A stretch of 26,495 nt of DNA from Planctomycetota bacterium. GTDB lineage: Bacteria > Planctomycetota > Planctomycetia > Isosphaerales > Isosphaeraceae. The notes under the pieces are model-generated. The model made no database searches, was not told where the DNA came from, and saw nothing but the letters and a program-made list of their open reading frames with translations. The position numbers and the translations under genes are program-made. Within the stretch, counting starts at the first letter, position 1; the number at the start of each line of letters is the position of its first letter. The stretch is from contig JAKAUH010000797.1 of NCBI GenBank assembly GCA_021818605.1, forward strand, positions 1-26,495, written 5' to 3'. Shown here piece by piece: positions 19,201 to 25,382 of this stretch.

Positions 19201-20241
19201 CTGCTCTTGCGCGACCGCGTGGGCGACCGCTCGCAGGGCGCGGCGGTGCCGATGCCGGGCGAGTTCCAGTCGGGCGTCCACCGAGGGCGGTTCAACCCGC
19301 GCGACGGGCAGCTCTACGTCTCGGGGATGACCGGCTGGGGCACGTACACACCGGCCGACGGCTGCTTTCAGCGAGTGCGTTACACCGGCGAGCCCGCGCA
19401 GCTCCCGCTGGAGTGGCATGCCCATGAGAACGGCGTGCTCGTGCGGTTCTCGCGCCCGCTCGACCCGGCGATCGCCGGCAACGCCCGCAGCCACTTCGCC
19501 CAGGCGTGGAACTACCGCTATAGCTCGGGCTACGGCTCGCCCGAGTTCTCGCCGCGGCACACCGGCCAGCCCGGTCACGACCCGCTCACGATCCGCTCGG
19601 CGCACGTCCTGGCCGACGGCAAGACGCTGTTCCTCGAGCTGCCCGACCTCCAGCCGGTGAACCAGCTCCACCCGCAAGTCCGGACCGACGCCAGCCGGCC
19701 GGTCGACCTGTACGCCACGGTGCACCGGATGGCCCCGCCGTTCACGGGCTTCCCGGGATATCGCCCGGAATCCAGGACGATCGCCGCGCACCCGATCCTC
19801 GCCGACATGGCGGCGATGGCCCATCCCCCGGCCCCGAACCCCTGGCGCGGGCGGCTCAAAAGTGCCCGGCCGATCGCGATCGAGGCGGGCAAGAACCTCA
19901 GCTACACGGTTCGCTCATTCAAGGTCCATCCCGGCGAGGCAATCCAACTGACGTTCCTGAACCCCGACCAGGTGCCGCACAACTGGGCCCTGATCCGCCC
20001 CGGCACGCTTTATCGCGTCGGCGACCTGGTCAACAAGATCGTCGCCGAGCCCGACGCCGCCACGCGGCACTACATCCCCCGCACGGAGGATGTTATTGTC
20101 TATACTGACATCGTCGGCCCGCAGGACCAGTTCATCATCTCGTTCCACGCCCCGAAGACCCCCGGCCGCTATCCGTATCTCTGCACGTTTCCCGGGCACT
20201 GGATGGTCATGAACGGAGAGATGATCGTCGAGGGGAAGTGA
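16219..20241 (+). CDS. Secreted multidomain redox protein: xylose-isomerase-like TIM barrel, heme c domain, DUF6797-like/beta-propeller dehydrogenase-like region, C-terminal azurin/auracyanin-like cupredoxin
   Basis: Sec-type signal ending ARA. Pro/Ala linker. One CxxCH (CLSCH) followed by IGPDLS and LMPEG as in planctomycete heme-binding domains. Propeller motifs ASGLHQALGL and ATGFRNPDGLG. Type-1 Cu ligands in PHNWAL...YLCTFPGHWMVM. Confidence 0.75.
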   Translation: MNASRQPTKCAVILLALFSVLSSSPIARAGEGGEPTASGKAGDLFARDHLIAWCIVPFDSKKRGPEARAEMLHRLGFQHFAYDWRAEHIPTFDAEIAALKKHGVSLDAFWVAPGKLNRESRLILDTLARHGVKAQLWVLLDLGADRATGPEQERRIRAATDDLAPLAKEAAQVNCSLALYNHGGWFGEPENQLAILKRLQSQGIRNVGIVYNLHHGHEHLDRLPAVLAMLKPYLVAINLNGMDRHGDRVGRKILPLGQGSRDLEILRIVRDSGYRGLIGILGHTMDDAEQRLQDNLDGLDWLVPQLDGKKPGPRPTPRTPVPPAPKAQAPVPAPAPAAATAKEQADAAQLAALLAEAQAHGDPGRGAQVIAAPKFACLSCHRVGKQGGTIGPDLSTVGMSAKPEEIVESLLWPARKVKEGYQVVTIAREDGRIVQGYRVSETPDALTLRDPATGSPVRIAREEIDGVRPGGTLMPEGLAASMTADERRDLVRFLIELGRPGGAASGLIPAHSHAPASFSYSRAPIHPEDWPNRNHRVNRDRLYDFYAKEAEHFGREPVVPMLLPAYPGLDGGTLGHWGNQSDFDWVDSRWNQTDLGSLLCGVFRGAGVTVPTAVCVRLGEHGEVSACFNPETLCYEAAWTGGFLRFDPKRHGLLDGVILHGTPLPRPEGTKPNQPFVYHGFYRHGNRVVFSYRIGDVEMLDAPWAEDGRFTRVVTPASEHPLRHLTRGGGPAQWPQVLTTSGRTGKTGPYAIDVIEPPFDNPWKALMFFGDHDFLADGTAMLCTMVGDVWHVDGLDASLKSVRWRRFASGLHQALGLLVVDGKVHVLGRDQITRLHDIDGDGEADFYECVNNTISTSPGGHDFVSGLQRDRLGRFYTASSKQGLLRIPPDGRPAQVIATGFRNPDGLGLSPDGTITVPCSEGEWTPASMVCEIREGGHYGYLGPKGGRPPDLPLVYLPRGMDNSSGAQVTVPDERFGPLQGQMIHLSFGTGTYFLLLRDRVGDRSQGAAVPMPGEFQSGVHRGRFNPRDGQLYVSGMTGWGTYTPADGCFQRVRYTGEPAQLPLEWHAHENGVLVRFSRPLDPAIAGNARSHFAQAWNYRYSSGYGSPEFSPRHTGQPGHDPLTIRSAHVLADGKTLFLELPDLQPVNQLHPQVRTDASRPVDLYATVHRMAPPFTGFPGYRPESRTIAAHPILADMAAMAHPPAPNPWRGRLKSARPIAIEAGKNLSYTVRSFKVHPGEAIQLTFLNPDQVPHNWALIRPGTLYRVGDLVNKIVAEPDAATRHYIPRTEDVIVYTDIVGPQDQFIISFHAPKTPGRYPYLCTFPGHWMVMNGEMIVEGK

Positions 20242-20262
20242 TTGTCTCAGGGAGCGATTGCC

Positions 20263-21015
20263 ATGCCAGTGCATGATTGGAACAAAATCGATACGGCAAC
20301 CTTTCACGACTTCCACAACTCGTGGATCATCCACCTCAAGGAAACCCTGAACGGTGGCGTCCTCCCCGCAGGTTATTACGCGCTCTCCGATCAGCGGTCG
20401 GCTGGCGTGATCCCCGATGTACTGACACTGAACTCCCCCGGTAGCGGGTCGAGTACGGACCCTGCTGGAGTCGCAGGGCCGGGAGGCATCGCGGTTGCAG
20501 AAGCACCGCCCCGGATCGCAAGGAAGCTCGTGGCCGACTCTGACGCCGTCTACCGCTTTCGTCGGCGGACCCTCGTCATCCGCCACGTCAGCGGTAACCA
20601 GGTCGTTTCCCTGCTGGAAATCGTCTCGCCCATTACCAAGGACCGGCCCTCCACCGTCCAGGATTTCGTGAACAAGGTCGAGACGGCCCTCGCCCACGTC
20701 ATTCACGTGGTCGTTGTGGACCTGTTCCGACCCGGTAAACACGATCCCGGAGGAATGGCCGGAGCCATCTGGGCCAACATCGGCTCTGAGCAGGACGAGG
20801 TGCCAGGCTCGCAGCCGTTGACGCTGTGCTCGTACCGGGCGGTGGTCCCAGTCGAGGCGTACATCGAGCACGTGGCCTTCGGCGAACCCCTGCCCGACAT
20901 GCCGCTCTTCCTGGACGCCGATACCTACATCAATGTCCCGCTCGAGACGACCTACCAGGCCGCCTTCCGCGGCATGCCGGGGTTCATCCAGCAGAGGCTC
21001 GAAGCCCCGGCTTGA
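20263..21015 (+). CDS. DUF4058-family protein (Uma2-like nuclease fold)
   Basis: MPVHDW..D...FHDFH..WI N-terminus, IPDV, LLEIVSP and LPDMPLFL...Y..VPLE.TY..AF motifs. GGAG RBS before ATG 20263. Confidence 0.75.
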   Translation: MPVHDWNKIDTATFHDFHNSWIIHLKETLNGGVLPAGYYALSDQRSAGVIPDVLTLNSPGSGSSTDPAGVAGPGGIAVAEAPPRIARKLVADSDAVYRFRRRTLVIRHVSGNQVVSLLEIVSPITKDRPSTVQDFVNKVETALAHVIHVVVVDLFRPGKHDPGGMAGAIWANIGSEQDEVPGSQPLTLCSYRAVVPVEAYIEHVAFGEPLPDMPLFLDADTYINVPLETTYQAAFRGMPGFIQQRLEAPA

Positions 21016-21044
21016 TCCCCCGATCGGCCCGGCCTCAACTGCCC

Positions 21045-23063
21045 TCACCGCGCCGTCGCGGCGTCCGGCGTGCTGGCGGCCGGAAGGCCGATAGGGATCG
21101 GGATTCGGTCGCGCTCGCGGACCATCGCGCCGGGCTCCCAGACGGGCAGGTCGCACAGGCCGCCGCCGAGAAAAGTGTGGTGCCAGAGCTGCGTCGCCAC
21201 CACGCACGTCAGGCTCAGGTCCATGATGATCCGCCTGGGCGTCACGGTCGGGTAGCGCACCTGCGCGGCCCGCTCGCGGGCAACCCCCTCGGGGTCGAAG
21301 TACCCGGTGGCGCGGAGCGATTCGGGGCTCAAAAGCTGATCGACCCAGCCGGGCCGGTCGATGGCCAGAAACGCCTCGGACCGGCTGGCGCGGAACATCG
21401 TCTTCGGGCGATTGGCGATCTGTTTGGGCAAGGTCCGCGCGGCGACCTGGCGCAGCAGCCACTTGTCCGTCCGGCCGCGGAGCTTGTACTCGGGCGCGAT
21501 CGACGCACAGAACGCGATCACGTCCTCGTCGAGCAGCGGATAACGCGCCTCGACCGAGGAGTTCATCGCCACCCGGTCCCCCTTGGCCTGGAGCAATAGC
21601 CCCGCCAGCATCACCTTGTAGCCGACGTACAGGGACTGGTTCAGCGGCGCCCACCGCGTGAACCGGTCGTTGGCAATGCCCAGGTCGTCGAACGCGCTGT
21701 GCCCGCCCAGCCGGCGCCACATGTCGTCAGAATAGACGAACGTCCGGGCCTGCGCCATCAGGTCGTAGATGTCCTGCTGCGCCGGGCGCGTGCCGCGAAT
21801 CCCCAGCCGCGGCGGGACGTGTGCCGGGTCGCCCCGCATCGAGCGCAACACGGCGTTGCGGACCATCGGGTTGATGAAGCCCAGGCCCATCCGGTTGAAC
21901 CGCTCGCGCAGCGACTGGGTCTTGAACCAGGCATATCCCGCGAGCGCCTCGTCGGCGCCCTCGCCCGTCAGCACGACCTTGTAGCCCTGCGAGTGCACGG
22001 CCGACGCCAACCGCATCAGGCAGGCGCATGAGCTATCCATCACGGGCGCCTCGGCGGCGCGGATCAGCTCGGGATATGCCGCGACGATGTCGCGGCGGTT
22101 CATCGTCACGGTCGTCATGCGCGAGCCCAGCGCGGCGGCCGACTCGGCGGCATTGGTGCGCTCATCCGGCCCGGCGCGATCCAGGCCAATCGTGAACGAT
22201 GGCACCGCCGCGCCTCGCTCGCGCGAGCTGAGGCCCAGCACGACGGTGGAATCGAGCCCGCCGCTGATGTAGCTGACGACCGGCACGTCGCCCCGCAGCC
22301 GCTTCTCGACCGAGCGCCGCATCAGGGTTTCCAGCTCGTCCACCAGCGGCGTCGGGTCGTCCATCCGGATCTCGGCGCCGGCGTCGGGGAAATCGAGGTC
22401 CCAGTACGTCCGCCCCTCGACCCGGCCGTCATGCACCCGCAGGTACTGCCCCGGCGAGATGGAGCGAATTCCCTCGAAGAACGTCCGCGACGTGCCCGCG
22501 CAGAACGTGTGGAAGAACAGGTCGATTCCCGCCGGATCCGGCCGTGCGGCGACCAGGCCCGAGGCCAGCAGACCCTTGATCTCCGAGGAATAGAGCAGCC
22601 ACCCGTCGGCGATCGTGTAATAGAGCGGCGCGATCCCGACGCGGTCGCGGCCGAGGATCAGGGTCCGCGTGTTCCGGTCCCAAAGCGCGATGGCGAACTG
22701 CCCGCGCGCCTTCTCGAACATTCCCTCGCGGTGGTCCTCGTACAGGTGGACCCACAGCTCGGTGTCGCACCGGGTGGCCAGGTGGTGTCCCCGAGCGCTC
22801 AGCTCGGCCTGGAGCTCGGGATATTCGAACAGCTCGCCGTTCTGAACCACCCAGATCGACCCATCCTCGTTGGCGATCGGCTGGCGGCCGCCCGCGAGAT
22901 CCACGATCGACAGCCGCCGCGCGCCCAGCGCCACGCCCGGCTCGATGTGGATCTGCTCGTCGTCCGGACCGCGATGCGCGATCGCGCCGGTCATCCCCAG
23001 CAGACGGGCCGCGGGGAACTCCCGACGACCCTCCAGGTCGATCGCACCGGCAATGCCGCACAT
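21045..23063 (-). CDS. asnB: Asparagine synthase (glutamine-hydrolysing) family amidotransferase
   Basis: MCGIAG N-terminal nucleophile, HRGPD, RRLSIVD, NGE, RDRVG..PLY, SGGLDS, KVVLTGEGADE and E.RYPLLD motifs. Confidence 0.9.
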   Translation of the reverse strand: MCGIAGAIDLEGRREFPAARLLGMTGAIAHRGPDDEQIHIEPGVALGARRLSIVDLAGGRQPIANEDGSIWVVQNGELFEYPELQAELSARGHHLATRCDTELWVHLYEDHREGMFEKARGQFAIALWDRNTRTLILGRDRVGIAPLYYTIADGWLLYSSEIKGLLASGLVAARPDPAGIDLFFHTFCAGTSRTFFEGIRSISPGQYLRVHDGRVEGRTYWDLDFPDAGAEIRMDDPTPLVDELETLMRRSVEKRLRGDVPVVSYISGGLDSTVVLGLSSRERGAAVPSFTIGLDRAGPDERTNAAESAAALGSRMTTVTMNRRDIVAAYPELIRAAEAPVMDSSCACLMRLASAVHSQGYKVVLTGEGADEALAGYAWFKTQSLRERFNRMGLGFINPMVRNAVLRSMRGDPAHVPPRLGIRGTRPAQQDIYDLMAQARTFVYSDDMWRRLGGHSAFDDLGIANDRFTRWAPLNQSLYVGYKVMLAGLLLQAKGDRVAMNSSVEARYPLLDEDVIAFCASIAPEYKLRGRTDKWLLRQVAARTLPKQIANRPKTMFRASRSEAFLAIDRPGWVDQLLSPESLRATGYFDPEGVARERAAQVRYPTVTPRRIIMDLSLTCVVATQLWHHTFLGGGLCDLPVWEPGAMVRERDRIPIPIGLPAASTPDAATAR

Positions 23064-23158
23064 CTCGGAAACCCTCTTCAGACAGGAACTTAAGCCGAAC
23101 AATGCGCCCGGCCCGACCGCTCCCTCGGCTCGTCCTGGCCGATGAGGAGCACACTCGA

Positions 23159-23167
23159 ACTATAACA
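23159..23167 (-). promoter_or_regulatory. Candidate extended -10 promoter element for asnB
   Basis: Minus strand reads TG-T-TATAGT about 95 bp upstream of the asnB start. No properly spaced -35 was found. Confidence 0.35.
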
Positions 23168-23341
23168 TCCCGCGTCAACCGGGGACGAGCCGCCCCGGCG
23201 CGGCCAGGTTGCCGACATCCCTCGCAACGGTCGACAATGCCGTTTTCGAACGGCCGTGATGACTTTACCGCGGGCTTCGCATATCGGCATGATAATCATC
23301 GGCCTCGAAAGCCAGACTCACCTCTCGCGGAGCCGTCCCCG

Positions 23342-23854
23342 ATGTCGAAGCCACCCGAAATCGAGACGGCCGAATACGACGTGGTCATCTCCCCCTCGGC
23401 AAGCGAGACGAGCCTCCCGAAGCCGGCCTCGACGGACGTCCGCGCCGAGATCGGCGCCGTGTCGCATACCGGGCGGGTCCGCTCGCGCAACGAGGACAAC
23501 TTCCTTGTCTCGCGCGTCAGCCGGCAGCAGGAGATCCTCCAGGCCAACATGCCGCCGGAAAGTCTGCCCGCGTATACCGGCGAGGACGGATACCTCTTCA
23601 TCGTCGCCGACGGCATGGGGGGCATGGCGGCCGGCGAGGTCGCCAGCCGGCTGGCGATCAGCACCAGCCTGAAACTGTTCCACCGCTCGGAGAAATGGGG
23701 ATTCCGCGTGAATCACCGGGTGGTGCAGGAGTTCTTCGACCAGTTCACCAGCGACCTCCGCGAGATCGACCGGACGCTCACCGAGCACGGCGCCAGCGAC
23801 CGCCGCCTGCTCGGCATGGGCACCACGCTACTGACCGCTGCGCAAAGAGCTTAA
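23342..23854 (+). pseudogene. PP2C/PPM-family Ser/Thr phosphatase, 3'-truncated
   Basis: SHTGRVRSRNEDNF, LFIVADGMGGMAAGEVASRLA and GMGTTL motifs, then a stop 8 codons later. The HVGDSR, DG and DN motifs are absent from the window. GGAG RBS before ATG 23342. Confidence 0.8.
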
Positions 23855-24121
23855 GTATTTCGCTACATGGTTTGCCGAGACTCGGATCGTAGACGGCTCG
23901 TAAACGCCTCAAAAATAGGGGTTTTTGAGCATGGGAGACTTGCCTTCGGCGTTGGATTCTCTGAGGAAGACTTAGACACTCCTCGCCGAACACCACCAGT
24001 GCACAGACGGCCAACCAGCAGCATATCCCGGGAAATCCGTGCCCAGACCCGGGCCGCAGGGCCTGTTGTCTGGCCGTTGGTTGAACGCCGGTAGTTGAAA
24101 CGAAAAATCGCAGATAACCAT

Positions 24122-24151
24122 TTGACGCACAACGGTTTACGCCAATACTGT
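24122..24151 (+). promoter_or_regulatory. Candidate sigma70-like promoter facing the repeat region (antisense to the HNH gene)
   Basis: TTGACG (24122-24127), 18-bp spacer, TACTGT (24146-24151). The -10 match is weak. Confidence 0.25.
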
Positions 24152-24154
24152 GGT

Positions 24155-24177
24155 GGCCCGACCGGGAGGGTCGGGCC
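24155..24177. other. Perfect 9-bp hairpin / inverted repeat
   Basis: GGCCCGACC-GGGAG-GGTCGGGCC, with no U-tract on either side. Confidence 0.7.
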
Positions 24178-24331
24178 GGATCGGATCAGATTGGACCGGA
24201 TCGGATCGGCGGACAGAGCCGTCTCCTGCAACGGATCGCATCGGATCGAGCCGGCCGGATCGGCGTGCGGAGCCACCTCCTGCAACGGACCGGACCGGAC
24301 GGCTGGATCCGATCGGATCGAATCGGGTCGG
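24169..24331. repeat. Degenerate GATCG-type pentamer tract containing a 54-bp-period direct repeat
   Basis: Runs of GATCG/GACCG/GGTCG. GAGCC..CTCCTGCAACGGA occurs at 24216-24235 and 24270-24289. Confidence 0.8.
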
Positions 24332-24448
24332 CAGACCTTGGTTCCTTCGTGAGCCATACATCTGTTATGCGTTCGCCTTCCTTGCCGGTGTCATGGGACA
24401 TCCCTTCAACTTGCCCAGGGCGGCACCTCATGTCCCGCCCCAGGTCGA

Positions 24449-25057
24449 TCAGGCCCGGGCGCTGCGGTGGTCCGGGCCGAGGAACGCTCTCCAGCTCTCG
24501 ATGTGGTGTGCCACGGCGAGCTCGCGGAGGGCGTAGAGCGGCTTCCAGTCGGGCCGGGACGGCGGCTTGCGCAGCCGCATGCCGGCCTGATCGGGGGTCC
24601 GGTTGGCCTTGCGCGCATTGCACCCGGCGCACGCGGCGACGCAGTTCGTCCAGGTCGATGGGCCACCCTGCGACCGTGGCACGATGTGGTCGATCGTCAC
24701 CTCGCCGACACCCGGCTGGGCGCCGCAGTACTGGCAGGTGAAGTGATCGCGCTTCGCGACGTTCCGGCGGCTGAAGGCCACCGCGGCCATCGGCAATCGG
24801 TCAAAGCGCTGGAGCGCGACGACCTCCGGCACGCGCAGCGGGGCACGCGAGGTCCGGATGAAGGATTCGCCCACCTCGACCGGCAGCGTCATCCACTGCT
24901 CCCAGGTATACGGCCGGAAGTCGGAGGGGTCGATGACCCGGGCCGAGTCGTTCCAGAGCATCACCAGCGACCGCACCACCGTGGTGACGTGGACCGGCTG
25001 CCACGAGCGGTTCAGCACCAGGGTCGGCCGCGCCAGGACGTCGCGCGAGGTACACAT
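24449..25057 (-). CDS. HNH endonuclease (McrA-like, zinc-binding HNH_5 type)
   Basis: TLVLN..W, PEVV.L, FSRRN..KRD..TCQYCG, TIDHIVPRSQGG..TWTN.VAAC..CN.RK.NRTP..AGM.L motifs. GGAGAG RBS. Confidence 0.9.
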   Translation of the reverse strand: MCTSRDVLARPTLVLNRSWQPVHVTTVVRSLVMLWNDSARVIDPSDFRPYTWEQWMTLPVEVGESFIRTSRAPLRVPEVVALQRFDRLPMAAVAFSRRNVAKRDHFTCQYCGAQPGVGEVTIDHIVPRSQGGPSTWTNCVAACAGCNARKANRTPDQAGMRLRKPPSRPDWKPLYALRELAVAHHIESWRAFLGPDHRSARA

Positions 25058-25204
25058 GATCGATTACTCTCCGAGGGGCCAGCGCGTGCGGTCGTTTCGT
25101 TCCGCGATCCGGACGGAACAGAACGGCCTGGACCCGCCGCCTACCACCCAGAGGCGCCAGCATGCCGGCGAGTTCGCCCCGGAAATCACGGCGCGGCCTT
25201 CGGC

Positions 25205-25239
25205 CGCAGTCGTCAGTGGTCAGCGGTCAGTGGCCAGTT
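25205..25239. repeat. Short tandem heptamer repeat (GTCAGTG consensus, 4-5 units)
   Basis: cgcagtc gtcagtg gtcagcg gtcagtg gccagtt. Confidence 0.7.
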
Positions 25240-25382
25240 GGGATCGGGACGCCAGGTGACAGCTTGTTGATCGGGACCCCGGCCTTGCGTGACAATCTGT
25301 GCGCGGCGCGAAGAAATCGAACATTAATAGAACGGTAAGATGACGCGCGATAGCCGGGTCGTCGGCCGGGAGACGCCGCCCG

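Noticed and set aside
21045-23063. Lasso peptide cyclase
   Set aside because: Intact N-terminal Cys glutaminase domain, and no B1/B2 proteins or precursor peptide nearby.
23831-24150. Assignment to a named IS family
   Set aside because: No transposase motif is recognisable in any frame, and there is no second matching IS end or target-site duplication. Kept only as a hypothesis in the findings.
24169-24331. CRISPR array or tRNA
   Set aside because: Only two degenerate copies, no unique spacers between identical repeats, no cas genes, and no cloverleaf or T-loop consensus.
23863-24357. 164-aa minus-strand ORF with an apparent 18-aa repeat
   Set aside because: The repeat differences are non-synonymous, the RBS is weak and the ORF runs across compositionally different segments. 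Treated as non-coding repeat DNA, although a small protein cannot be fully excluded.
24383-24436. Canonical HDV-like/theta ribozyme or ZTP riboswitch
   Set aside because: Lacks the HDV L3 and catalytic J4/2 consensus. GCCGCCCUGGGCA resembles the ZTP 3' stem, but the 5' ACUGRCG element is missing.
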